Made by a program: the position numbers and the translations under genes
DNA from: Candidatus Iainarchaeum sp.
GTDB taxonomy: Archaea; Iainarchaeota; Iainarchaeia; Iainarchaeales; DTGL01
Assembly (NCBI GenBank): GCA_038886995.1
Contig: JAWALG010000003.1
Span: 1-46,342 of the forward strand
Direction: 5' to 3'
Length of the DNA stretch: 46,342 nt
Notes under the pieces: generated by a model
Told to the model about the DNA's origin: nothing
Databases searched by the model: none
What the model saw: the letters and a program-made list of their open reading frames with translations, nothing else
Part shown: piece by piece, positions 25,956 through 35,779 of the stretch
Position numbering within the stretch: the stretch's first letter is position 1
Layout of the letters: each line of letters begins with the position of its first letter

Positions 25956-28346
25956 ATGATAAAAAGAGTTCTGATTGAAAATTGGCGCTCGCATAAGAGA
26001 ACAGAGCTTGAGTTTGAAAAAGGCAGCAATGTCCTGATAGGTCGTATGGGGGCTGGCAAAAGCAGTGTTCTCAATGCAATATGCTTTGCTCTTTTTGGCA
26101 CTTTCCCTGAACTGCAGCGCAGGGAGACCACTATTGAGAACGTAATAATGAGCAGACCTAATAAACAGGACTACGCTAAGGTATTGCTAGAATTCAGCTT
26201 TGAAGGCAAAAGTTATTCTGTGGAGAGAAAAATATATGCTGGAAACAAAACAAACGAGGCCAAATTATACTGTGATGGGAAGCTTGTTGCAGGGCCTAAA
26301 GTAAGCGATGTTAACAGCGAGGTTGAAAAAAGGCTTGGCATTGATTATGAGCTCTTTAGCCGTGCAATGTATGCGGAGCAAAACCATATTGACTATATAC
26401 TAAAGTTATCTCCTAACGAAAGAAAGGTCAGATTCGACCAGCTCCTTGACCTGGAGAAATATGAAAGGGTAAGAAAAAATGCAGTTACTCTTAGGAATAC
26501 CCTGAAAGCGTTATCAGAAGATAGAAAGGCAGCACTTTCTGAAATGAAAGCAATGTTCTCAGAGGATGAGCTGCTAAAGCTTCAGAAAGAAGCTGAAGAG
26601 GTTGAAAAGGTCATAGAGCAAAAAGGGTTGTTGCTAGAGGGTGCTAAAAAAGAGGTTGAAAAAGCAAGAGATGAGATGAACAAACTAATTGAAAAGCAGA
26701 AAAAATACTCTGAACTAAAAGAAAGGGCTGCACAGCTTAAAGGACACATATCAATGTTAAAGAAGGAGATTGAAAGGTATGAAAAAATGGTTGGAACTAG
26801 CGTTACTAACCTAAAAAAAGAATTTATTGAGGCAAAGATTAACGCCCTGCAAGACGAGGAAAAAAACCTTGCTAAAAAAGCAGACGAGTTAAATGAAATA
26901 AGAGCAAAAATTAGGGAGAAAAAGGCAAGGTTGGCAAGCTTAAATGAAGAAAGCGATCGCTTAAAAAGCACGTTGTTGAAAGAAGCAAAAGGTTTTGAAG
27001 AGGTAATGGAAAAGCTAAAGTGCAATGAGAAAGCGCTGCAGGATATTGAGTTAAAGATTGAATCTTTGAATAAAGAGAAGGCGAAAAGCGAAGAAGAGCT
27101 TGCAAAGATTAAAGAAAAAATAGAGGTTGAGAAGAGCAAAGCACATGAAGTTGAAGAAAAAATAAAGGAACTGGAGAAAGCTAAGGCGTTATGCCCAACC
27201 TGCAATCAAAAGCTTACTGAAGAGCACAAAAAGCGCCTGCTTAGCGAATTCAAGAAAATGATTGAAGATGGAAACTCCGGGATAAAAAGTTTGTCTGAGT
27301 CTGCCGACAAGCTCTCTGAAAAAATCAAAGAATATGAAAATGGTTCTGAAGAGGCTCGAAAAAAACAGAAGGCACTTATTGAAGAAAAGTCATTTTTGCA
27401 GGGCCTTAGCGAAAAGGCCAAAAGATTACAAGAAAATGAAAAAGCATCTGCTGAATTAATGAATGAAATTTCTAAATTGGAAGCCGAAGAAAAAAGCTTT
27501 GGCGATATCAAGGCAATGATTGAAGATACAAGAAGAAAATTAGATTCTGCAAAATCCGAGATTGAAATGATAAATTATGCGGAGATGCTAAAAGTAGATG
27601 AGGAAAAATTGGCGCTTGCAGAGAAGGAAGTTTCTGCGCTTGACTTTGATGAATCAAAGGCGCTTGATATAAAGGCAAACTTTGAGAGAAAAAATGCTGA
27701 GAAAAAGGCATTGGAAGATGCAATTGAATCGAATAAGTCAATTCTAGCTGAGAAAAAGCGCAGATTGGATGAACTTCAAAGAAGGAATCAGCAGATTAAA
27801 GCCCTTGAAGAAAAAATAAACGTTAGCGAAATGATGTCTGAGAAAATACTATTGTTCATAAATGCAATAAAATCTGCGCAATCAGAGCTTAGAGAAACAC
27901 TAATAGATGCTATAAACCAAGCTATGAACCAGCTTTGGGTAAGCATATATCCTTACAGCGATTACTCTGAGATTAAGCTATCTGCTTCCGAAACATACGA
28001 GCTTATGGTGAAGAGCAATGGCGAATGGATAAGCGTACAGGGTAACTTAAGTGGTGGTGAAACAAGTGTAGCAGCGTTAGTTTTAAGGATTTCAACATCC
28101 CTTGTGCTTGCTAGGCGCTTAAGGTTGCTTATACTTGACGAGCCAACCCACAACCTTGATGAAAGAACCATTGAAGTTTTGAGTGACCTAGTAAAAGAAA
28201 CTCTGCCGAAATTTGTGGAGCAGATATTTCTTATAACCCATGAGAAAGGCATGGAAAAAGCAGCAAGTGCAACATTGTACATGCTAAGCAAAGATGCAGA
28301 ACATGGCAACATTACAAAAGCAGAGCTCGTCTCTTTGGTATCTTAG
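25956..28346 (+). CDS. rad50: Rad50 DNA double-strand-break repair ATPase
   Basis: ENWRSH, Walker A GRMGAGKSS, coiled coil with central CPTC zinc hook, LSGGE, LILDEPT, LITH. Confidence 0.92.
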   Translation: MIKRVLIENWRSHKRTELEFEKGSNVLIGRMGAGKSSVLNAICFALFGTFPELQRRETTIENVIMSRPNKQDYAKVLLEFSFEGKSYSVERKIYAGNKTNEAKLYCDGKLVAGPKVSDVNSEVEKRLGIDYELFSRAMYAEQNHIDYILKLSPNERKVRFDQLLDLEKYERVRKNAVTLRNTLKALSEDRKAALSEMKAMFSEDELLKLQKEAEEVEKVIEQKGLLLEGAKKEVEKARDEMNKLIEKQKKYSELKERAAQLKGHISMLKKEIERYEKMVGTSVTNLKKEFIEAKINALQDEEKNLAKKADELNEIRAKIREKKARLASLNEESDRLKSTLLKEAKGFEEVMEKLKCNEKALQDIELKIESLNKEKAKSEEELAKIKEKIEVEKSKAHEVEEKIKELEKAKALCPTCNQKLTEEHKKRLLSEFKKMIEDGNSGIKSLSESADKLSEKIKEYENGSEEARKKQKALIEEKSFLQGLSEKAKRLQENEKASAELMNEISKLEAEEKSFGDIKAMIEDTRRKLDSAKSEIEMINYAEMLKVDEEKLALAEKEVSALDFDESKALDIKANFERKNAEKKALEDAIESNKSILAEKKRRLDELQRRNQQIKALEEKINVSEMMSEKILLFINAIKSAQSELRETLIDAINQAMNQLWVSIYPYSDYSEIKLSASETYELMVKSNGEWISVQGNLSGGETSVAALVLRISTSLVLARRLRLLILDEPTHNLDERTIEVLSDLVKETLPKFVEQIFLITHEKGMEKAASATLYMLSKDAEHGNITKAELVSLVS

Positions 28347-28348
28347 CA

Positions 28349-28546
28349 TTATTCTTTTGGCTGTGCAACTTTGATTAACCTTGCTATGTAACTTGCGGTT
28401 AGGTTTATCTCAAGCTTAGTAAGTTGCACTCCGAGCTCCTTCAAAGAGGCCTTATTTTTTTCAAAATCTGTGGAGAACTTTTCAGGATAAAGCTCCAGTA
28501 GCTCTTTTGCCCTGTTCTTGATTATCCTTGGAACTGCTTTGCCCAT
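28349..28546 (-). CDS. rps17e: 30S ribosomal protein eS17
   Basis: MGK...IK...ELLELYPEKFSTDFEKNK...N.TASYIAR. Confidence 0.88.
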   Translation of the reverse strand: MGKAVPRIIKNRAKELLELYPEKFSTDFEKNKASLKELGVQLTKLEINLTASYIARLIKVAQPKE

Positions 28547-28554
28547 AAAAACAC

Positions 28555-28758
28555 CTAAATTTCAACTTTTTCGAAAGTGCCATCAGCGTATGTCCTTATT
28601 ACGGCTATTGGCAAGACCTTTTGCTCAAACTCCTTCTTTGCTACACTTATTGGTGTTTCGTCTTTCTCCGGTTTTATTAGTGGTGGAGCCCCAAGCGATA
28701 GTTGCAACGCACGGGCACCAATAATCCTTGCAATTTCAAATCTTGTAAGCTTTTTCAT
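28555..28758 (-). CDS. rpoK: RNA polymerase subunit Rpo6 (K)
   Basis: LTRFEIARIIGARALQLSLGAP...LPIAVIR. Confidence 0.95.
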   Translation of the reverse strand: MKKLTRFEIARIIGARALQLSLGAPPLIKPEKDETPISVAKKEFEQKVLPIAVIRTYADGTFEKVEI

Positions 28759-28850
28759 AAGAACACCGCTAAAAGCAGATAATATTGAGATGTGTGTGGA
28801 AAGAATTAAAAAATTATATTTTTGCCTTTTTGAAGTAAAATCAAAGAAAT

Positions 28851-30386
28851 TTAAAGAAAAGAAAGCGCTTCACTGTCGGCTTCTGCCTTTTTACTTTCAA
28901 ATTTAATGGCTGCTTCCTCAAGTGTCTGTTCATGCTTTGAAGGCATTGAGCGCCTCTGCCTAACCTTAAAGAACATAGGGTAACCAACTGCTTCACCTAT
29001 AATTAGTGCCTCGCCAACATGAAGTGAGGTTATCAAATCCATGCTGTCTTGGTCTATGGCTTCTGCTGATTGCGCTATGTGCTTAAGGTCATAGGGGTTC
29101 ATTATCCTAAGGATTATCTTCGTGTTGCATTGGCTTAGCGTGGTAGTATCTAGCTGGACTGGCCTTTGAGAAATAAGACAAAGGCAAGCACCAAACTTGC
29201 GACCTTCCCTGGCAATAGCCCTTATTATACTACGCGATATGGCGTTTTCCTCTTTGGTTTTCTCGGGGCAGAACTGGTGGCTCTCTTCTATAACTAGCAG
29301 AAATGGGGGGATTTTGTTCTTACGCCTCAAACTGAAAAGCTCTTGTGAAAAATAGCAAAGAATCATCTGCTTTTTTCTTACGTCTAGAATATCTGAAAGG
29401 TCAATAACGGCAAGCTTGCCTGATTGCGCTATGTTGCTTATATTTGGAGAATCTATCTTTGAAAAAAGATGCAATGACTCCAAATCCTCAAGCCATGACA
29501 AAACAGCATCTTTTGTATTTTCTTTAATATCGGCATCTTTTATCTCTTTAATTATATCTTTCAAATCAAAAGGCCCAGCACCAGAGCCCATTTGTTCTTT
29601 CAGTTTTGAAAAAACCTTTTCGAAAGCCCTGCGCTGCACATTGCTAAGGCCTGAAGCAATTATTGATATGATCTTCGTGTTTAGGTTTGAAACGCCGATC
29701 CTTATGTTTGATCCTTTAATAAGAATTGTCCTATCGCTGTAGTCAGCATAGCCTTCCTCGGCTGGCTCTGCAAAGCAAGCATACTCACCATGTGGATCAA
29801 AAACAACGCAAGCAATTCTACCGAGTTCCTTCCCCCTGTCCAAGAGTTCTTCAAAAAGCACTGATGCACAATATGACTTGCCTGCGCCGCTTATGCTCAG
29901 TATTGCAAGATGCTTCTTAAGAAGCTTTGTCATGTTTAGCTTTACAGGCAGCTTGTGGGCCTCTACGTCGCCCAAATATAGGCCGCTTTTGTCTATATGG
30001 TAAAATTTCTCTAACAGCGAGTTATCTGCGGAAAAAACCTTGCTTCCTGGCGCAGGTGGTAAGCCAACTCTCTCAGATTTTTCTCCTGAAAAAAGCCCAA
30101 GCAGCTTGGCTTTTGCAACAGTGTATTCCCATTCGCTTGCCGGAAACTGTTCAAGTATCGAGGAACCTCTAAGCTCAAATTCCTTCACTGAGTCGGCTCT
30201 TTCAAAGTATTTATTGGTTTTGTAAATGCTCACAACAAGCGCAAGCAAAATGCCTTCTTCTGAATTGATTTTAACAAATTGCCCTTTTCGCACTTTGCTC
30301 GAGGTCAAAACGAATGTAAAGCTCTCTGTGCTGGGGGATTCCATTGTGGATATCACAATACCGAGATGCTCTTCATTTCCTTTCAT
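28851..30386 (-). CDS. herA: HerA helicase/translocase
   Basis: N-terminal HAS-like barrel, KHLAILSISGAGKS, FDPHGEY, IEESH, AREGRKFG, SQRP, LSQCNT. Confidence 0.9.
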   Translation of the reverse strand: MKGNEEHLGIVISTMESPSTESFTFVLTSSKVRKGQFVKINSEEGILLALVVSIYKTNKYFERADSVKEFELRGSSILEQFPASEWEYTVAKAKLLGLFSGEKSERVGLPPAPGSKVFSADNSLLEKFYHIDKSGLYLGDVEAHKLPVKLNMTKLLKKHLAILSISGAGKSYCASVLFEELLDRGKELGRIACVVFDPHGEYACFAEPAEEGYADYSDRTILIKGSNIRIGVSNLNTKIISIIASGLSNVQRRAFEKVFSKLKEQMGSGAGPFDLKDIIKEIKDADIKENTKDAVLSWLEDLESLHLFSKIDSPNISNIAQSGKLAVIDLSDILDVRKKQMILCYFSQELFSLRRKNKIPPFLLVIEESHQFCPEKTKEENAISRSIIRAIAREGRKFGACLCLISQRPVQLDTTTLSQCNTKIILRIMNPYDLKHIAQSAEAIDQDSMDLITSLHVGEALIIGEAVGYPMFFKVRQRRSMPSKHEQTLEEAAIKFESKKAEADSEALSFL

Positions 30387-30400
30387 AAAACCACCAAACA

Positions 30401-31459
30401 TTAGTCAAAGGGGCGCCTGTTTCTTCGCAGCGCAACATTAGCTGGCTGTAGCTTGCAAAGAACTTTATCCATAACTGCTTGAACTTCTTCCGGTTTCAAG
30501 CGTGCATGCAGGTCAGCTTCAAGCAGCACTGAAGGATAGCTGTACTCGCGATGACCTTTGCTAAGCGTATAAGCAACACTAGCAGCAGTATCAACACAAT
30601 TACTTAAACTTGATATTGATTTGGCTAAAATTTCTACTCTCAAAGGAATATCATACTTGCTTGACCTTATGTAAAACACAAAAATTTTTTCTGAGAGTTC
30701 TTTTTTTATATCCTTAAGTACTGGGTGCTTTGATGGGTCCCTTGAGTAAGGGAAAGCAAAAGTACGAGTACCTTCTTCCATAACATAGCTCAAAAGATTT
30801 GTGTCATAAACCAGGTTTTCTGAAGAAAGCCCCAGCATATCTTGGAGCATTGTGCCTTTCGAGTCCTCAACACATGCAATCAGCATCACCCCGGATTTAA
30901 GAGCGCATTCGTAGAGTTCTTCAAATGCCAAAAGTGTTTTTTCGTAAAGTGGCTTAAGGCAAGAATTTTCTCTTGGTTTGTCAGCATGCTGTGGCACTAT
31001 TGATCCATCAAGAAAGCAAAAGTCCGGTCTGAACTTTCTAATTGTTTCAGAAGCCACATTTGTTTCTCTTATGAGGCGCAATAAGCTCTTATTCACTGGA
31101 ATGTCTTCATTTTGCATTGCTTTAGTGCAAATTATTGGCTCAGGCATTGGAATTACTTTAGGCAAATACTCGGCTTGCTCCAGAGAATTGTTCTTGTAAG
31201 TAAAAACTGCTGCAACGGCTCTTATTAGGACTATCTCTATATTTAACAGGCTTATATTGGTAAAACCAGAATCAATCCCTGCAACCTTTGCATTTAGCTT
31301 TTGCTCTTTTATGGGAATGAAAAGCTCTTTGTCGGGTAAGGCAAGGTCACGAACTTTATTTGTTGACCCAGCAAGCTGTGATGCTAAAGCTTTCCTTTTG
31401 TTTTCTTCTTCGCTTATTAAACTAACTGCTTGATTCAAGGCCTCTTCAAAATGTTGCAT
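30401..31459 (-). CDS. nurA: NurA 5'-3' nuclease
   Basis: AGIDSG, FLDGSI, EDSK, LRVE, YSYPSVLLEADLHA; adjacent to herA. Confidence 0.88.
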   Translation of the reverse strand: MQHFEEALNQAVSLISEEENKRKALASQLAGSTNKVRDLALPDKELFIPIKEQKLNAKVAGIDSGFTNISLLNIEIVLIRAVAAVFTYKNNSLEQAEYLPKVIPMPEPIICTKAMQNEDIPVNKSLLRLIRETNVASETIRKFRPDFCFLDGSIVPQHADKPRENSCLKPLYEKTLLAFEELYECALKSGVMLIACVEDSKGTMLQDMLGLSSENLVYDTNLLSYVMEEGTRTFAFPYSRDPSKHPVLKDIKKELSEKIFVFYIRSSKYDIPLRVEILAKSISSLSNCVDTAASVAYTLSKGHREYSYPSVLLEADLHARLKPEEVQAVMDKVLCKLQPANVALRRNRRPFD

Positions 31460-31518
31460 AAGATATGCACGCTATGAAGATTTTTTTAAGTTTTTCCAGC
31501 CTGTTTTCCAGTGAATAC

Positions 31519-32802
31519 TCAGCGCTTGGTTATTTTTACTAGAACCCTGCTATTGCTTGTGCCAACATTTTCAATCACAAGCGTGTGAGTTCCTGGCCCA
31601 AGATGCAAGTCGCTATTTATGTCGATGGATGATCTTGAATAATCGAGGCCTGTCTGTACCTTATATGCGCTCTCAGCCGGATAGCAAAAAACTGGGTTGA
31701 CCCGTCTCAGGAAGTCGCCTTCCCTGTATGCGTAGCGGTTCTTTTCAATGGAATTGTATGTGCAAGGCCCAAAAACAAAGAAGAATTCTTTTCCATAGCC
31801 GGGAGTCCAAAAATGGGTTGCATAAAGGTTGAATACGCTTGGGTCAACATTTGTTATGTTCAGTTCATAGCATGAGCCAGTTGAGATAAGGCCGAAGAAG
31901 CTATTTGCTGACTGAAAGCCAGCATAGTCAATGTTAAGGCCTGATGTCAGAACTCTGCTTGTAACGCTGCCAACCTGAGTGCCATTTATGAAACTAGGGA
32001 TATAAAGGTTGTAGTCTCTATAATTACTACCAAGCTTTAGGCCAAAGGTGAAAGTATGTCCTGCGGATTTTAAGGCAGCGTAGCACTGCTTTATGTCTTC
32101 AGTATTGCCAGCGAGATCAACTGAATAGTATTCAATCAGGTGATTGCCATCCTGTGCAATGGCAACTATGTTGCCCGTCTGCCAAGAAGCCGAGTCAATG
32201 CGGTAGTATGTCCTACTACAGCCCGACTTTGCATCATTGCAATTTAAATTAACATTAAATGCAGTTGTCTGCCAACCGCTTGGAGCGTCATCTGTTGTTA
32301 TTGGTGCGTTGTTGTCAACCACAAAGTTTGAGTTGCTTGAAGCAGTACTACTGAGACCAGTGCCATCGTGTATATTGATATCTATAAAGTAGTTTCCATC
32401 TATTACTGATTCTGTATCCCACGAGTATGAGCAAAGGGTAAAGTCCTGGAAATTTGTATCACTGCAATTGAACAAGCTAGTGTTGAAAATATTACCATCT
32501 TTTATTATTAGATTGCTGAAGCCGCCTTTTGTTGAAGAATAATATATATCAATGAAAAGCGCTCCGTCTTCTATGCTACCTATATCTTCATCTTTTGCAT
32601 AAAAGTTTATGTCATATGACCCACTTATGTATTCGCCACCATTGGGCTTGACAAGCTCGACTGTCGGTGATGCAGCGCTTGCTGACAATGCTATAAAAAT
32701 TAAGGATAAGCATGAGATAAGCAGCATTTTTGAAAATAAATCTATTGTATTGGCTTTGAGGCAATTTTTGCACGAGCGCTTAATCCTTCTCTTGCTTTGC
32801 AT
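31519..32802 (-). CDS. Exported surface protein with Ig-like domains
   Basis: Hydrophobic N-terminal segment; PNGGE, YSWDT...DGNY, VDNNAPIT, DAKSG, DGNHLIEYYSVDLAGNTE. Confidence 0.7.
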   Translation of the reverse strand: MQSKRRIKRSCKNCLKANTIDLFSKMLLISCLSLIFIALSASAASPTVELVKPNGGEYISGSYDINFYAKDEDIGSIEDGALFIDIYYSSTKGGFSNLIIKDGNIFNTSLFNCSDTNFQDFTLCSYSWDTESVIDGNYFIDINIHDGTGLSSTASSNSNFVVDNNAPITTDDAPSGWQTTAFNVNLNCNDAKSGCSRTYYRIDSASWQTGNIVAIAQDGNHLIEYYSVDLAGNTEDIKQCYAALKSAGHTFTFGLKLGSNYRDYNLYIPSFINGTQVGSVTSRVLTSGLNIDYAGFQSANSFFGLISTGSCYELNITNVDPSVFNLYATHFWTPGYGKEFFFVFGPCTYNSIEKNRYAYREGDFLRRVNPVFCYPAESAYKVQTGLDYSRSSIDINSDLHLGPGTHTLVIENVGTSNSRVLVKITKR

Positions 32803-32889
32803 ATATTTCTATTAAAGTTATTTTATTAATAAACTTTGTTATATAACCAAAATCAAGTATTTTTAAACTATTTCGGGCAATTAGCTTTT

Positions 32890-34470
32890 ATGGAATACTT
32901 TGAGCATGCCCTTTTGAGGCCTAATGTGATTGAAAAGCGTGCATACCAAGAGCGCCTTGTAAAAAGCTTTCTTGAGAAAGGCAATACCCTCATAGTAGCG
33001 CCGACCGCGATAGGAAAGACCGTTATAGCAGCAGTTGTAACCGCACACTTTCTTGAAAGGGACAAGAATGTCCTTATGTTGGCACCAACTAAGCCACTTG
33101 CTGTTCAGCATAGTAAAAGCATGGTAAATTTTCTTAATGTGGGTGCAAAAAGCATTGTTCTTATTACTGGCTCAACACCTGCAAAAAAGCGCTCATTAGC
33201 ATACGCAGAGGCAAAATTAGTTTGTGCAACACCACAGTGTATTGAGAATGACATAAAGAATGGCTCTGTTGAGCTTAATAAGTTCGGCCTTTGCATATTT
33301 GATGAAGCACATAGGGCTGTTGGTGACTATGCCTATGTGTTCATAGGCAAAGAGTGCATAAAATCTGGTGTGAAAGTTCTTGCGCTAACTGCTTCGCCTG
33401 GCTATGAAAGGGAACACATTGAAGAGGTATGCAGAAATCTTAATATAAAAAACATAGAGATTGTAACTGAGCAAGACCCTGATGTAAAGCCATACCTGCC
33501 TGAGCTTAAGCTTGAGTGGGTTAGAGTTTCTTTGCCGGAAGATTTTGCATCTGTGCAATTGCTCCTGCGCCAGTATATTAGGGAGTCCGGTGAAGCACTA
33601 ATAAGGGCAGGTTTAAGAATGCGCAAGAATGATTTTTTCAACAGGGCTCGCCTATTAGAGATGCAAAAGAAGATTAGCTTCCAAATAGCAAAGAATGGGC
33701 GGAAGAGGCCTGCCCTTTATGGAATTGCCTCAAAGATTGCAGCCATAATAAAAGTAAACCATGCTCTGCTTCTTATAGAGACCCAAGGTGCCAATGCACT
33801 GATGAGTTACTTCGAAAGGTTGTATGAGAAAAGAAAGGTTGAAAGGGCAACCGCTGGCCTTTTCAATGATGCAAGGATAAAAAAAGCTGTTGAGCTAACA
33901 AAGGAATTATGCAATAAAAATGCTAAACACCCTAAGCTAATAAAGCTATTTGAGGTAATAACAGAGCAGCTATCGAGAAACCCCGAAAGCAGGATAATTG
34001 TATTTAACCATTACAGGGATTCTGTAGGTGAGCTGACTGAAGCGCTGAATTCGGTCCAAGGGATCCGCGCAAAGGCCTTTGTTGGGCAAGCGAAAAGATC
34101 CGGCACAGGAATGAACCAAAAAGAGCAAACACAAACCATAGAAGATTTTGAATCTGGAAAGTACAATGTTTTGGTCGCAACAAGCGTTGCTGAAGAAGGC
34201 CTTAACATACCTTCTTGTGATTTGGTTGTATTCTTCGAACCAGTGCCTAGTGAGATAAGGCAGATACAACGCAGAGGCAGGACTGCGCGCTTAAGAAGCG
34301 GTCGCGTTGTCATACTTATAACAAGAGACACAAAAGATGAATCTGCGTATTGGAATGCCCGAAGGAAAGAAAAAGGCATGTTTGAGCAGCTTAGGCAAAT
34401 AAAGAGAGATGGGCTTGAACAACAAAGCCGAATTACTGACTATGCCTTTTCAGGTGTCACGCGTGAGTGA
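32890..34470 (+). CDS. hef: Hef/FANCM-family SF2 helicase (helicase half)
   Basis: RAYQ, APTAIGKT, LAPTKPL, DEAHRAVGDY, LTASPG, HPKL, ATSVAEEGLNIP, EPVPSEIRQIQRRGRT. Confidence 0.92.
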   Translation: MEYFEHALLRPNVIEKRAYQERLVKSFLEKGNTLIVAPTAIGKTVIAAVVTAHFLERDKNVLMLAPTKPLAVQHSKSMVNFLNVGAKSIVLITGSTPAKKRSLAYAEAKLVCATPQCIENDIKNGSVELNKFGLCIFDEAHRAVGDYAYVFIGKECIKSGVKVLALTASPGYEREHIEEVCRNLNIKNIEIVTEQDPDVKPYLPELKLEWVRVSLPEDFASVQLLLRQYIRESGEALIRAGLRMRKNDFFNRARLLEMQKKISFQIAKNGRKRPALYGIASKIAAIIKVNHALLLIETQGANALMSYFERLYEKRKVERATAGLFNDARIKKAVELTKELCNKNAKHPKLIKLFEVITEQLSRNPESRIIVFNHYRDSVGELTEALNSVQGIRAKAFVGQAKRSGTGMNQKEQTQTIEDFESGKYNVLVATSVAEEGLNIPSCDLVVFFEPVPSEIRQIQRRGRTARLRSGRVVILITRDTKDESAYWNARRKEKGMFEQLRQIKRDGLEQQSRITDYAFSGVTRE

Positions 34471-35146
34471 AAAGCAAAGCACTCTTATTGGATACACTGG
34501 CTTTGAAAAGCCGGTTATTTTTGCCGATGATAGGGAGATGAATTGCAATGTTGTCCTTTACTTAAAAAGGCTAGGTGCAGATGTCAAAAGCGTGCGCTTA
34601 GATATTGGCGACTATCTTATATCAGAAAAGATTGTAGTTGAAAGGAAAACAGCCTCTGATTTCTTGAGCAGCTTATGTGATGGGCGTCTTTTTGAGCAGG
34701 TCAGAAATATGATTTCCTATGAAAGGCCACTTTTAATAATAGAGGGTAACCTAAGCAGTTTGTTTTCTATGAGGGATATAAACAATAAAGCAATACTTGG
34801 AGCACTAATAGCCATAAGCATGGATTTTGGGGTTTCAATTTTATTTTCAGAAAATGAAATGCAGACTGCAGAGATATTATATTTGGTTGCAAAAAGGAAT
34901 CAGTCAGGGTCTGAAAAAGAAATCGCGCTGAACAAAAAGAAAAGAATGGGTCTTCCTGAACAGCAGCAGTTCATAGTGGAATCATTGCCTCTTGTTGGCC
35001 CAAAAACAGCAAAAGAACTACTAAAAAAATTTGGTTCTGTAAGAGGTGTCTTTAGCGCAGGCAAAAAAGAGCTTGAAGAGGTAACCAACATTGGGCGAAA
35101 AAAAGCGAAAAGAATAATAGAGGTTCTGGATGCAAAATATAAATAA
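34463..35146 (+). CDS. XPF/ERCC4 nuclease with HhH2 domain (nuclease half of Hef)
   Basis: ADDRE, GDY, VERKT..DF..S..DGRL, LIIEG, LPLVGPKTA, HhH2. GTG start at 34463 after AGGTG. Confidence 0.9.
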   Translation: MSEKQSTLIGYTGFEKPVIFADDREMNCNVVLYLKRLGADVKSVRLDIGDYLISEKIVVERKTASDFLSSLCDGRLFEQVRNMISYERPLLIIEGNLSSLFSMRDINNKAILGALIAISMDFGVSILFSENEMQTAEILYLVAKRNQSGSEKEIALNKKKRMGLPEQQQFIVESLPLVGPKTAKELLKKFGSVRGVFSAGKKELEEVTNIGRKKAKRIIEVLDAKYK

Positions 35147-35159
35147 AAGAGCAAATAAT

Positions 35160-35230
35160 GCGGCTGTGGTCTAACGGCAGGATACCAGCTTCCCAAGCTG
35201 GTTGTCCGGGTTCAAATCCCGGCAGCCGCA
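35160..35230 (+). tRNA. tRNA-Gly(CCC)
   Basis: GCGGCTG/CAGCCGC-A; CCAGC-TTCCCAA-GCTGG; CCGGG-TTCAAAT-CCCGG. Confidence 0.95.
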
Positions 35231-35239
35231 TTTTGCAGG

Positions 35240-35779
35240 GTGTCTCGCTTGGAAGATTTTCTTGAAGAAGAAAATGAACAGCTTGAGTATTACAACTCTG
35301 CTGGATTTTTTAAAGGCCTAGCCGAGAGGAAAGTTATACATAACGATGGATTCTGGCATAAAGGCGTTCACGTATGGCTCTTCAACAGAAAAGGTCAACT
35401 CTTCCTAAAAAAAAGGTCCAAATACAAAAAAATACATCCTCTGCATTGGGAAGATGTTGGTGAGCATTTAAAGCCAAATGAGGGCTTCAAAGATGCTGCT
35501 TTGCGTGGGCTCAAAGAAGAGCTTGGAATTGATGAGAATAAAATAAAAGGCCTTTACAAAGTTTTAAGCCAAAAGATGGAATTTGGAACAGACCGTGAAT
35601 TCATTGAATTGTGGTTTTGCATATACGACGGGCCGATTGAGGAATCGAAGGAAAGCTTTTCAGGAAGGTTTTTTGAAAAGGAAGAGATAAAGGAGATGAT
35701 AAGGAACAGGGCCTTGATAACACCTTGGTTTAAAGAGCTTTTTTACTGGTGCTTGAAGGAAGAAATATGGGTAAAGTAA
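35240..35779 (+). CDS. NUDIX hydrolase, IDI/YfcD-like subgroup
   Basis: H..G.WHKGVHVWLFN, KRS..K...P..W, E...DAALRGLKEELGI. Confidence 0.8.
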   Translation: MSRLEDFLEEENEQLEYYNSAGFFKGLAERKVIHNDGFWHKGVHVWLFNRKGQLFLKKRSKYKKIHPLHWEDVGEHLKPNEGFKDAALRGLKEELGIDENKIKGLYKVLSQKMEFGTDREFIELWFCIYDGPIEESKESFSGRFFEKEEIKEMIRNRALITPWFKELFYWCLKEEIWVK

